From positions 25,358,001-25,422,000 of the forward strand of contig NC_083240.1 in assembly GCF_032191835.1 (NCBI RefSeq): a stretch of 64,000 nucleotides of DNA. The letters run 5' to 3'. Made by a program: the position numbers and the translations under genes. Below, piece after piece: positions 42,201 through 51,833 of the stretch. The stretch's first letter is position 1. Each line of letters starts with the position of its first letter. Origin of the DNA: Heteronotia binoei. Its lineage: Eukaryota. The notes under the pieces were generated by a model. The model was not told where the DNA came from. It did not search any database and worked only from the letters and a program-made list of their open reading frames with translations.

Positions 42201-45200
42201 ACAAAGGAGACCAAAGTTTGAATCCCCACTCTGCTTTGAAGCTCACAAGGTGATCCTGAGCCAGCCTCTCTCTCAGCCTAACCTACTTTACAGTGTTGTT
42301 GTGAGGATAAAGCTGTATGTCTCCTTGATCTTCTTGGGGGGAGGGGGGATTTGGTAAAGATGGTGAGGGGTCTGGAAACCTACAAGGAAAGGCTAAAGAG
42401 CTGGGCATGTTTAGCCTGGAGAGGAGATGACTGGGAGGTGATATGATCACCATTTTCAGGTACTTGAAGAGCTGTTTTCTGTTGTCCCAGAAGATCAGAC
42501 CAGAACCAACAGGATGAAATTTAAATCAAAAGAGTTTTCAGCTAAACATTAGGAAGAACTTTCTGACAGTTAGAGTGGTTCCTCAGGAGATGGTGGGCTC
42601 TCCTTCTTTGGAGGTTTTCAAACAGAGGCTTAGACCATCTGACAGCAATGCTGATTCTGTGAACTTAGGCAGATCCTCAGAGGGAGGGCAGGAAGGGTTG
42701 GATCAGGGCTTAGTTCTTGTGGCCCTTTCTTACACACCCAGGGAATGCCAATCAACACTTCGGGGTCAGGAAGCAATTTTCTCCAGGCCAGATCCTGGAG
42801 GGTTTGTTTGGGGTTTTTTGCCGTCTTCTGGACATGGGGCTGGGGGCAGTGGGGGTGCGGGGGGAGATATTTGTAAATTTTCTGCATTGTGCAGGGAGTT
42901 GGACTAGATGCCCCCAGATGCCTTCCAACTCTGTGATTTAAAAATGGACAGGCAGGCACTAGAGCTGACTAGGAAGACAGCTGCAGGCTCCATGGGAGTC
43001 TACTTCGGCCAGTGCTGAAAGAGATGCACTGACTATCTATTGTGTTCCGATTCCATTTCAAGGTGTTGGTATTGACCTTTAAAGCCCTTTATGGTCAGGG
43101 ACCTGTCTATCTGTGGGACCGCAGATAGACAGGTCCCTGTCTATCTGTCTATATGTGTTTCTCCACATATTCCCCAGAGAGCGCTGCATTCAGGGACAAA
43201 AAATCTGTTGTCCATCCCTGGACCAAAGGAGGCTAGGTTGCGTTTGATGCGAGCCAGGGCCTTCCCGGTGGCAGCACCAGAATTGTGGAATGCTCTCCCA
43301 GAGGCCTGCGGGATCTTTCTACTTTCCGCAGGGCCTGTAAGACCGAATTGTTTCAACAATATTTAACCGAGAGAGAGCTGCCACCTGACATCATATAGAG
43401 TACTTGGTGATCACCGTCTGAAAAGAAGAACCCGCCTATATTGTACATCGTAGCGATACAGGACCATGAAATGGTTTTTTAAAAATTTAAAATTGTAATT
43501 ATGTTTTATTGGTTTTTAACTTGTGAAAATGAATGTTGTGAGCCACCCCGAGTCCGCTTGTGGACAGGGNNNNNNNNNNNNNNNNNNNNNNNNNNNNNNN
43601 NNNNNNNNNNNNNNNNNNNNNNNNNNNNNNNNNNNNNNNNNNNNNNNNNNNNNNNNNNNNNNNNNNNNNNNNNNNNNNNNNNNNNNNNNNNNNNNNNNNN
43701 NNNNNNNNNNNNNNNNNNNNNNNGTATGGGCCATCCATCCAAGGCTGGCATATAGAGGGTGTCATACAGCAGCCAGCAGGGATGGGATACTTAAAATGGG
43801 AAGATCATAATCTGCATGCAACAGAAAACACATAAGGGAAGCTGATGAAAGGGACTTGATGTCATCCTCTTGTTTCCCGGCTCATATTCAAGGTCGCCAT
43901 GCAGCACCAGCTTTGTTTGCTTAGGGAGGAAACAGCACTCAGGTTTCACTTTCAGCCTGAGAAATGCTATCAATCTGAAAAACGGAGGGCTTCCAAACCT
44001 TTTTATCCATCTTCAGCCAGGTGATTATCCCTTTGATGGAGTACTGCAAGCCAAAGAACCAGGTTTCCCTCAGACCCAGGGCACAACAGACCTGATCGAA
44101 TAAGTCTTTCCCTTTCCATTTTACCTAGGAATAGAAAGGCAGAAAAATAATATTTATTGAAGACAGCGGTTGTACAGCCAGAATTTAGAAATAAATAATA
44201 CTTTTTATATACAAAGCCAGCCTCTTGTAGTGGTTAGTGTATTGGATTAGGACCAACGAGATCCCATTCAAAACATCACTCTGACCGATTTCGCACTCAC
44301 CCTTATGCCGCTCTCACGTCCGTCTTCTCAGCGCAGCGTGCTCCCGATTTCCCACTATTTGTGCTGGGGCTGCAGCAAACATCGTGGTTTTCATGCAGCG
44401 AATAAAAACCGCTAAAAACCAGTTTCTGTTTGCTGTGCAAAAACAGCAACGTTTGCTGCAGCCCCGACGCAAATATTGGGAAATCGGGAGGTCGCCACGC
44501 TGAGAAGACGGACGTGAGAGCGGCATAAGGTGAGTGCGAAATCGGCCTCTGTGATGAAGCTGAATCGGTGGCCTTTGATCAGTCCTTCTTTGTTAGCCTA
44601 CCATACAGGGCTGTTGTGAGGATAAAGCTGAAGAGAATGAAATGTCCCTCCTTGGCTGTGGGTTCCCAGGTTAGATTACTCATTCAGGCACTCGTTCTCG
44701 GGTCCATTCAGCAGAGACAAGCTGGCTCAAAACATGAGCTGTTAACTTGCAAAGAGACAGCTTCAACCACCAACATCTTCAGCCAACATACAAAACTGGA
44801 AACTGAAACACGAGCGCCACTCAACAGGACCAAACTAAATCACACAGATATTAGGGAGGAGCAGATTGTTCTGTTACATACATATACACAACAAATATAC
44901 CACAGAGAGAACCTTGTAAGCCATCTTGAGCTTTTTGGAGGAAGAGTGAAATAGAAATGAAATAAATTTAAATAACACCCTCTTTTTCTCAACACTGCCG
45001 TATCCCAGGGCTATATGTATTCCATATTTACATGCAAACACAGCCTGTGGTACTGTTTGCAATACTTGTTTTCTAAAATGAATCGAGTTGATTAATAGAG
45101 GTGCTTACATTCTAATTAAAACAGTCTGATATTACACAGCCTTTCATTATTATTTTTTTGTACAGAGCCCTGATCCATTTCACATGCAAGTGGGGAATGC

Positions 45201-47268
45201 GATATCCCTAGATACTCAGCTCAACACAAATTCATTCAGTAAAATTTAATTACTCAATACCAATGAGATGTTTTATATTCATTGTGAGAGTTATTTATTC
45301 TTTCATTCACAGTGATAAACAAGTAATGGTATATTGTTATATTCCATGCACTACCACCCCTTTAAAATTCATATTTCCAAAGAATTTTTTTGTCTTAGAT
45401 TTTGTGCATTTGTGTTGTTTCTCATTTCTAGACCTTATGGTTGATAGTCTGCATGGTAGCACCTGATGAAATCTTAGATGCTAAAGAGGTGCCCATACCA
45501 AGGTCTGCTGTGGCTAAGACTTCAGTCCCCTGGATACATCTTGTCTTTCCCAAGCAGAATTATTAACCATGTTATATCCTTGCATTTATATAAGGCAGGG
45601 GTGGCCAATGGTAGCTCTCCAGATATTTTTTGCCTACAACTCCCATCAGCCCCAGCTGATGGCTGGGCCATGCTGGCTGGGGCTGATGGGAGTTGTAGGC
45701 AAAAAAACATCTGGAGAGCTACCGTTGTCCACCCGATATAAGGGAGAAGGGGCACTACTTTTGGCCAGACTAGACAACGTGTGTGATACATGGCCATCTG
45801 ACAGCAATGCTGATCCTGTGATTTTAGGGAAAGGTATTTGTGAATGTCCTGCATTGTGCAGGGGATTGGACTAGATCATGGGTGGCCAAATTTGCTTAAT
45901 GTAAGAGCCATATGGAATAAATGTCAGATGTCTGAGAGCCGTAAGACATGAATGTCAAATGTTTGAGGGAAGGAAGAAAGGGTGGAAAGAAAGCAACTTT
46001 AACTTTAAATGCATTCTCCAAGTTGCTGGCTGGCTTGGAGAAATGCCTTCTCTAAGCCATCTGACAGGGCAGTGGGGGCTTCAAGAGTCACATAATATGT
46101 GTGAAAGAGCCACATGTGGCCCCCGAACCACAGTTCGGCCACTGCTGGACTAGATGATCCTGAGGGTCCCTTCCAATTCTATGATATGTGTTGGGTCAGG
46201 GGAAGGAATCCCCTGACCACAGCACACCAGGGTTGCCAGTCTGTGTGGAAAATACCTGGAGACTTTGTGGGTGGAGCCAGGAGGAGGTGGGGTTTGGGGA
46301 GGGGCCTCAGCAGGGTACAATGCCCTAGAATCCACCCTTCAAAGCAGCCATTTTCTCCAGGGAAGCTGATCTCTGCCAGCTGGAAATCAGTTGCATAAGC
46401 GGGAGGCTGGCAACCTGGAGGCTGGCAACCCTATGGACACACCGAGCCCCAACATGGGGCAAACAGACCATCCCACTGCAGCCGCTTTGGCTCTGGAAAA
46501 TGATGTGGAGGGAGGAGACTGAAGGTCATCCTCCCCTAGGGTTGCCAGCTCTGAGTTGGAAAATTCCTGGAAATTTGGGGATGGAGTCTGAGGAGGGCAG
46601 GGTTTGGGGCTTCAGATTGCTGCACTTGAAGTGATTCACAGTTTCAGAACAATGAACCCCAAGCGCTGGATTCTTCTCACTATAGATGCTAATTTTCTGC
46701 CACCCCAGCCTTTCTCTTCTGCTCTGATCAAGCCAATTACAACATGTACATTTGCATTCTTTACAAGCATTCGCTACAACACCCTCCCCCCACTTTCTGG
46801 CTGGGACCCAGAGATCTTCATTCCTACTCATGATGGGAGCTTTTATTACTCTGGAAAGCCCACACTCCGAAACTCTGGTTTGTCTCTAAGGTCCTACAGG
46901 GCTTGAATCTAATGATCCTTTATTCCAGTAATTTATTTACTGTGGCCCAGTAACAATTCTTTCATAGTTGGGAAGTGGGCGGATTTAAGTGTGGAAGCCT
47001 TTTAACTTCACATGTAAATAAAACTCCTCATATTAAAAACTAGCAAGCAAGAGAGCGTTCAGCCCACGGTTTTCTACATGCTAGAAAACTGGCGCATGTG
47101 TGCGAATCCAGCCACCACACCATCTGTTACAGTTCGGAGGAAAACTTTACCGCTCGATTCTGGAATGTACAAACTTACCTCACAACTAAACTCCATTTCG
47201 GCATCCATTGTTATCACTTTCACTTTAAACGTCTTTGGCTGCTTCCTTTTCAGTCCTGTGATTGACAT
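18965..47268 (-). CDS. NF2L: Merlin/NF2-like FERM-domain protein (NF2 paralogue, nf2b/NF2L type), complete, 578 aa (639 aa with candidate exon 20534-20716)
   Basis: join(47179-47268,43999-44124,41428-41550,33945-34028,32153-32221,31158-31240,30729-30804,30306-30443,28871-28945,27212-27325,26353-26475,25630-25847,23586-23691,21893-22008,21052-21211,18965-19000). Uninterrupted frame. Exon sizes and phases mirror NF2 (126,123,84,69,83,76,135/138,75,114,123,218,106). KRKQPKTF N-terminus, Blue box YQMTPDM and KRLSLEI are merlin signatures. Divergence and the SBDS/MRPS17 neighbourhood indicate the paralogue rather than NF2 itself. Confidence 0.93.
19783..20053 (-). mobile_element. Sauria SINE (tail missing)
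   Basis: Family similarity; complete 5' head gccccgtggtgcag. Confidence 0.85.
20534..20716 (-). CDS. NF2L: Candidate additional in-frame NF2-like exon (61 aa) with no NF2 counterpart
   Basis: GCTAAC branch point about 25 nt upstream, tgttctttcaag acceptor, 183 nt stop-free in phase 0/0, AAG|GTAACT donor. Confidence 0.55.
21052..21211 (-). CDS. NF2L: NF2-like exon 15
   Basis: [30 protein letters not shown]...RKMYK. Weak donor AAG|GTTGAA; read-through gives VEMQSS* (stop at 21031-21033). Confidence 0.85.
21893..22008 (-). CDS. NF2L: NF2-like exon 14
   Basis: [38 protein letters not shown](R). Donor is clear; the acceptor (ccactaag) is the only in-phase AG after the pyrimidine tract. Confidence 0.88.
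22855..23048 (-). mobile_element. tRNA-derived SINE family A, degenerate
   Basis: Similar to 54289-54501. Confidence 0.65.
23283..23555 (-). mobile_element. tRNA-derived SINE family B (Squam-type), full length
   Basis: Head gagagccagtttggtgtggtggttaag, B box ggtttgattcc, tail ...tataaatctgcaattcttc. It ends about 25 nt downstream of the NF2L exon 13 donor. Confidence 0.8.
23586..23691 (-). CDS. NF2L: NF2-like exon 13
   Basis: [35 protein letters not shown], 106 nt. Confidence 0.95.
24210..24296. repeat. (TAA)n microsatellite forming the tail of a minus-strand L2 3'-end fragment (to about 24355)
   Basis: Direct inspection; adjacent cccgccct...cagggcagctcac L2 terminal hairpin. Confidence 0.9.
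24912..25166 (-). mobile_element. Sauria SINE
   Basis: Family similarity. Confidence 0.85.
25630..25847 (-). CDS. NF2L: NF2-like exon 12
   Basis: [26 protein letters not shown]...KESDR(R), 218 nt, coiled coil. Confidence 0.96.
26353..26475 (-). CDS. NF2L: NF2-like exon 11
   Basis: [41 protein letters not shown], 123 nt. Confidence 0.96.
26728..26926. mobile_element. Older hAT-like MITE (TAGGG(A/T)TGCCA termini); related copies at about 26950-27124, 26000-26160, 46220-46432
   Basis: Terminal inverted repeats present; no TSD recognisable. Confidence 0.55.
27212..27325 (-). CDS. NF2L: NF2-like exon 10
   Basis: [38 protein letters not shown], 114 nt. Confidence 0.96.
27582..28077 (-). mobile_element. 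L2 LINE 3' end
   Basis: ORF2 C-terminus [18 protein letters not shown]...[19 protein letters not shown]...[10 protein letters not shown], then 3' UTR with gccgccctgagcc...gggcgggatataaat terminus. Confidence 0.85.
28085..28270 (-). mobile_element. BovB/RTE LINE 3' fragment
   Basis: [21 protein letters not shown]...[20 protein letters not shown] matches the RTE-BovB ORF end. Confidence 0.8.
28871..28945 (-). CDS. NF2L: NF2-like exon 9
   Basis: [25 protein letters not shown], 75 nt. Confidence 0.96.
29316..29748. mobile_element. Non-autonomous hAT transposon
   Basis: TIRs tagggctgcca / tggcaacccta; perfect 8-bp TSD agtccaat. Confidence 0.88.
30306..30443 (-). CDS. NF2L: NF2-like exon 8
   Basis: (Q)[45 protein letters not shown]; CAGCAG tandem acceptor gives 138 or 135 nt. 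Confidence 0.95.
30729..30804 (-). CDS. NF2L: NF2-like exon 7
   Basis: [25 protein letters not shown], 76 nt. Confidence 0.96.
31158..31240 (-). CDS. NF2L: NF2-like exon 6
   Basis: [27 protein letters not shown](R), 83 nt, contains the Blue box. Confidence 0.96.
32153..32221 (-). CDS. NF2L: NF2-like exon 5
   Basis: [23 protein letters not shown], 69 nt. Confidence 0.96.
32373..32571. mobile_element. Penelope-like element remnant in inverted-repeat configuration
   Basis: gtagaaaagagcaagagtccagcagaaccttaaagactaa ... ttagtctttaaaggtgcttctgaactcttgttcttttctac; central CTGAAGA hammerhead-like motif. Related pieces at about 13040-13095 and 53695-53810. Confidence 0.65.
33945..34028 (-). CDS. NF2L: NF2-like exon 4
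   Basis: [28 protein letters not shown], 84 nt. Confidence 0.96.
34417..34696 (-). mobile_element. tRNA-derived SINE family B, full length
   Basis: Close similarity to 23283-23555. Confidence 0.8.
35430..35880 (+). mobile_element. Non-autonomous hAT transposon
   Basis: TIRs tagggttgcca / tggccacccta; perfect 8-bp TSD cacaagct. Confidence 0.9.
36072..36547 (-). mobile_element. Non-autonomous hAT transposon, same family, inverted relative to 35430
   Basis: TIRs taggattgcca / tggcaacccta; perfect 8-bp TSD tttatgca. Confidence 0.9.
37167..37446 (+). mobile_element. tRNA-derived SINE family B
   Basis: Family similarity. Confidence 0.75.
37788..38405. mobile_element. Non-autonomous hAT transposon (ca(g/a)tgttccctctaagctg TIRs)
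   Basis: 19-bp TIRs; 6/8 matching TSD gtcacaag/gtcgcagg. Confidence 0.75.
38410..38700 (-). mobile_element. L2 3' fragment
   Basis: ttcgtagggcctgcaagacggagttattc ([10 protein letters not shown]) on the minus strand. Confidence 0.65.
39766..39952 (-). mobile_element. tRNA-derived SINE family A
   Basis: Family similarity. Confidence 0.7.
40041..40520 (-). mobile_element. L2 3' end
   Basis: [30 protein letters not shown] plus terminal hairpin and AT-rich tail. Confidence 0.8.
41428..41550 (-). CDS. NF2L: NF2-like exon 3
   Basis: [41 protein letters not shown], 123 nt. Confidence 0.96.
42370..42940 (+). mobile_element. CR1 LINE 3' end with 3' UTR
   Basis: aggaaaggctaaagagctgggcatgtttagcctggagagg... 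and ttggactagatg...ttccaactctgtgatt terminus. Confidence 0.8.
43040..43569 (+). mobile_element. L2 3' end running into the assembly gap
   Basis: [35 protein letters not shown]; terminal tgtgagccaccccgagtcc. Confidence 0.8.
43570..43723. other. Assembly gap (154 N)
   Basis: Run of n. Confidence 0.99.
43999..44124 (-). CDS. NF2L: NF2-like exon 2
   Basis: [42 protein letters not shown], 126 nt. Confidence 0.96.
44283..44547. mobile_element. 265-bp fold-back MITE (PIF/Harbinger-like), inserted in a family-B SINE
   Basis: About 100-bp near-perfect arms g(a/g)ccgatttcgcactcacc...; 3-bp flank tct/tct. Confidence 0.8.
45596..45735. mobile_element. Palindromic hAT MITE
   Basis: caggggtggccaatggtagctctccaga fold-back; perfect 8-bp TSD atataagg; sister copy at 60461-60596. 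Confidence 0.88.
45877..46147. mobile_element. Non-autonomous hAT element inserted into a CR1 3' terminus
   Basis: catgggtggccaaa / ttcggccactgctg ends; perfect 8-bp TSD gactagat. Confidence 0.85.
47179..47268 (-). CDS. NF2L: NF2-like coding exon 1
   Basis: [30 protein letters not shown]; GAG|GTAAGT donor; likely acceptor at 47296-47297. Confidence 0.93.
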
Positions 47269-47432
47269 GTCTGTCAGCCAGCAGGTGAGCCGCACCTGGC
47301 CCCAAACAATGGAAGAATCAAGGTTATGTGTGTGGATCTGGCTGCATAATTCAGCGAAGTACGCATTTAGAAGCAGGTGAACAACGCCTGGCGAAATCGC
47401 AGAAGCCAGAACTCTGCAGCCATCAGGATGAT

Positions 47433-47654
47433 CAGGGCTTTTTTTGTAGCAGGAACTCCTTTGCATATTAGGCTACACTCCCCTGATGTCGCCAGTCCTC
47501 CAAGAGCTTACAGTGATGCAACGTCACCCCAGAGTCGGAAACGACTGGTGCTTGCACAGGGGACTACCTTTACTTTTAAGCTTTTGGAGGATTGGCTATA
47601 TCAGGGGGATGTGGCCCAATATGCAAAGGAGTTCCTGCTACAAAAAAAGCCCTG
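47433..47654. mobile_element. Palindromic hAT MITE carrying a nested Sauria SINE 3' fragment (47513-47577)
   Basis: cagggctttttttgtagcagg TIRs; perfect 8-bp TSD aggatgat. Confidence 0.88.
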
Positions 47655-47704
47655 AGGATGATGATATATTTTGAACTCTATCGATCAATACATTGTAGGA
47701 CAAA

Positions 47705-49630
47705 TTTTCTTTCTTTTTTTTTAAACATAATTTTTATTGAACTTTTTCAAATAATCAAGAAACAGACGTAGAGTAATCCATCAGTATTACCATATACAAT
47801 TCTGTAATCAGAGGTTGTTAATACATAGATGTAAATAACATTAAAACAATTAAAAGTACACTTTGTAACTCTGCTATATAATATTTCTTCTCGCTTCTGT
47901 TAGAAGATATACATTCTTCCATAAATTACATTACTAATGCTTCTTATCATTTATATTACTGCCATAACTGTAGCGATGTAACAATCTTGGGGCTTGCCTT
48001 TTGTAGAATAAGATAGTCCAAAATTGGGTACCAGATGGTATAGAAGTCAGAGTTTTCCAGTTCTATGTCTGTTTTTGTCAAATCTGTTAACTTATCCATA
48101 ATATAAAACTGCCATAGTTTCGTATGCCAGTGATTCAGATTAGGATGCTTGCTTCCCTTTTGCTGCAATGGTTATTTTGGCCGCAAATGTTGGTAAAGGA
48201 ATTCTTTTCACCAATACTGAAGTCAATTTTTACTGATCTCTATAGTTTAGCAGAATTGTTTCTATACCATTGTTTCTATATTTTTATACCAGTGGTGATA
48301 TTTATCTTATCCTGAACTTTTAACTAATATGCATATATTTTAGGGCACCATAACCAACAGTGTGTATATGTTCCAACTTGTGAACATTGTTTCCAACATA
48401 GTGGTGAAAGATCCCTATTACTAAATGATAACTGTTTTTGGCATACAATACCAGAAGGACGATAATTTAAACATAAGGGTCTTAATTATTGTGATATTTG
48501 TTGTATTTTCAAATGATTTCCAAATTCTACCCCAATTTTCTTAGGTAAGCGTACTAGAACATTCTTTTTGCCACCGTTTTAGGTATGATATAATATATTT
48601 TTGGTGTTTGGAATCTAATAATTTATATATTTTTGAAATAATACCTCTCATTTGTGTTTCACTAATTTTCAGTATCATCTCTAGTTTAGTTAATGGCAAT
48701 TTCATAATGTCTGGTAATTTAATTGAAGAACAGAGATGTGCCACTTGAAGGTATTTAAACCATGGTATTTTACTACCTATTATTGTTTCTAAGTCTTTCT
48801 TTTCCTTTAATATATATTTATTTCTTATCATTAGATCCATTAGCTTTGTTATGCCAGCTGTGTGCCAGGATCTATGAACATATGAAGCTGCCTTACACTG
48901 AATCAGACCCTTGGTCCATCAAAGTCAGTATTGTCTTCTCAGACTGGCAGCGGCTCTCCAGGGTCTCAAGCTGAGGTTTTTCACACCATTTTGCCTGGAC
49001 CCTTTTTTGAAGATGCTGGGGATTGAACCTGGGACCCTCTGCTTCCCAAGCAGATGCTCTACCACTGAGCCACCATCCCTCTAGTGTAGCCTGCCCTGGA
49101 GGGCACCAAGCCTGTCTTGTAAAATATGAAAATCTAGAGATTTCAGATAAGTCCTGTTTGCGCATAATGCCCCATTCTTTCAGTATAGGTTGCAGATAAA
49201 GAACTAATTTTGCTGTGCTAGGTCTTTCTTTTGGGGTCTGCCAGATTATTTCTTTTATAGAGCAGGGTAAAGAGTATTCATTAAGAATGTCCACCCAGTC
49301 TGGTTCTTCCTGTTCCCTTAGCATAGTTGTAGTTTTTGATACAAGGATTGCCTCACAGTATTGTAGAATGTTTGGGAAGTTTATGCCTCCTCTCTTTGCC
49401 TGTCCGGTAAAGTGTACTTGCTTTAATTCTGTGGCTTTTGTTGTTCCCAAAGAAGTTCAGCAACATTTGTTGCCACGTTTTCAGAAGTTTTAATGGAATA
49501 TTTATTGGAATGGCCCTAAATAAAAAAAGATAATTTTAGGTAGCACAAAAGATTTGATCAAATGAAACCTCTCTGTCCAGAGGGAAACTGAATTTTCAAA
49601 TTCATCCCAAAGAACAAATGCCTTCTAGGT
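47705..49630 (-). mobile_element. Degraded 5'-truncated L1-clade LINE (ORF2 3' part), interrupted by a SINE
   Basis: Fragments KRGGINFPNILQYCEA, IPWFKYLQV, LKRWQKEC, FYTIWYPILDYL; AATAAA plus A-rich tail near 47705-47740 on the minus strand. Confidence 0.75.
48875..49081 (-). mobile_element. tRNA-derived SINE family A (young), nested in L1
   Basis: Head gagggatggtggctcagtggtagagcatctgc, B box ggttcaatccc, tail catatgttca. Confidence 0.85.
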
Positions 49631-50384
49631 TTTAAAGTCAATTGGCTTTGCAGAATAAACAACTGCTTGTGAGTGGATTTTGCTATTTTTACACAGTAAA
49701 AATCCAGTTGCAAAGCGCATTATTTAGTGTGTGTGAACACACCCCAAGACAGGGTGCAGTGAGACTGAGCAGCATGGTGGCGGGACTTGGGCAGTGATTC
49801 ATAGGGCATTTAATGACAATCAGGTCTCTGTTTTCATCAGGGAAGTGTTGGAGGGGATGGGGGAGGCTGGCTTTGAAAATGATACTCTTGCCAATTATCG
49901 CTGCCCAGAAGGTTGGGGAAAAATAACAGCTACACAGCTGCCTGAAAGGTCGCCTTCTAGCATCCCCCGTGAAATGGCAGGGATGGAACGCTGTGTCTGC
50001 CAGAGGGAGGAAACACACACACCAAACAACCACTGGTTAAAACCAGATCAGACAACAGCAGTCCCACATCCATGCTGGTTTCAGCAACAAGGTAGCAACA
50101 GAACACGCCCTATATCAAGACTAGAAAAAAGTGCATTGAAGAGAAACAAGAATGGAGACCCTGTGTAATTTTAAGCTTTGGCAATACTTAATTATTGCCC
50201 ACGAGTCTTGGTCACAGCACTTGTTTTTTGCACTCTTTTTTTTATTTTATTTTTTTAAAAAGGAAATAACTCTTACATTAACTATATAATCCTCCCCCTT
50301 TAATTGTCTCATTTCTTTTTGTTTCATTTCTTTTTCTGTCTCCCTGCAAATAATTCAGCTATTTAAATGAGGGATTTTTCTTAC

Positions 50385-51040
50385 CTCTTCCGTTTTTTCC
50401 CTGGAAGCGCAGACGCTGTACCTGGAGTCAAACTGGCTCTCTAATTCCTTCTCTGAATGAAGGAATTAAGAGAAATAACCCTTAATCCTAAAGATGGCAT
50501 TCTTTCGCCCATTTAACCAAGCTGGGAGGGGAAAAACACCAAGCACCGGAGGACAGATCTGGCAGCGGCTCTCCTCCCCTTTGTTTGCTCCCAAAGGCAG
50601 GCAGCGTGTCAGCTCAGCTGCCCTCCAAAATCGCATTCACTTTCCCAGGTGATAGGAGGGGTGCGAAGCATTTCCTGGCTGGGCGCTTCTCTTCTCTCCC
50701 AGTCTCCTCCCACGCTGCCAGCCCTGGGGAGACGCGGAGAGGGAAACATTTTGCTTCCCTTCCCCTCCTCAATCCGGTTTCACGAGGAACACAAATCATC
50801 GGAGTCACTTTCACAGCATGCCCGAGAGGGGCTCCCCTCCGACGCACCCCCCTAAGTGGGGCTCTTCATTATTCATAAAAGTGAAACCATCAATATTGAT
50901 AGTGCGCTGCTATGAAGCACCGCGCGCACTGCCGGTGCTGGATGAATGGCAGCGATTGAAAGGATCCATGTGGGGAACTAGACAGCATGGCGGGGGCGGG
51001 GGGACGCTATCCCTGCTGCTTCGCCCGGTGACCTGAGGCC
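50385..51040 (-). promoter_or_regulatory. CpG-rich putative NF2-like promoter with a non-coding first exon ending at 50385
   Basis: Local CpG enrichment at 50560-51040. Minus-strand donor GAAGAG|GTAAGA at 50385/50384; no in-frame ATG before an upstream in-frame TAA. Confidence 0.45.
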
Positions 51041-51236
51041 AATGCTCCAAGCCTGCCTACCTTATGCCACCCACTTCTGATTTATCGAGGGCATTTTTTT
51101 TCCCCGTTCTTTCTCCGTTTGATTTATTTCTTTCATTTGTACCCCACCTTTCTCCCCTGATGGGGACCAAAGCGGCTTAGGTAATTCTCCTCTCCTCCAT
51201 TTTATCCTCACAACAACCCTGTGAGGTAGGTTAGGA

Positions 51237-51408
51237 CAGGGGTGGAATTCTAGCAGGAGCTCCTTTGCATATTAGGCCACACACCCCTGATGTAGCCAAT
51301 CCTCCCAAGAGCTTACAAAAAAGAGCCTTGTAAGCTCTTGGAGGATTGGCAACATCAGGGGTGTGTGGCCTAATATGCAAAGGAGCTCCTGCTAGAATTC
51401 CACCCCTG
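51237..51408. mobile_element. Near-perfect palindromic hAT MITE inserted in a family-B SINE
   Basis: About 80-bp arms caggggtggaattctagcaggagctcctttgcatattaggccacac...; imperfect TSD. Confidence 0.85.
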
Positions 51409-51833
51409 GTAGGACAAGGGTGAACAGCTGGCCTGAGGTTACCCAGTCAGTTTAATGAAAAGTGGGGATTCGAAGCCAGGTCTCTTCAGTGTCGGTCCAA
51501 CAACTGTGAGGTGGTTTATGTGGAATGAGAAATACTGGCCCAAGGTCACCTGACCAGCGAAATTTGAACAGACATCTTTTCAGCCCTAGTCCAGCACTCT
51601 AAGCATTACATGACACTGGCTTCTTAGCGTCTTATAAACTTATATATAATGAATTTAATCATAATTGTATTTCTGTTTGCTATTTATACAGCATGTACAT
51701 GGTGCTTTGTAGGGTACAATCGGGAAGGGGGGGTGGGTTTAGCAGGAACACACATACAGGAACACAGTTCTGGCTGGCCTGGTGTCAGGGAGTGTGGCTG
51801 TGGCCCAATATACAAATAAGTTCCTGCTGGGCT

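Noticed and set aside
43499-43835. ORFs spanning the N run
   Set aside because: Artefacts of the assembly gap.
18965-47268. Calling this gene canonical NF2 or an ERM (ezrin/radixin/moesin)
   Set aside because: Merlin-specific N-terminus, Blue box and KRLS site, with no ERM actin-binding tail, exclude ERM. Divergence and the SBDS/MRPS17 neighbourhood argue against canonical NF2, whose neighbours I recall as NIPSNAP1/CABP7. A tree is still needed.
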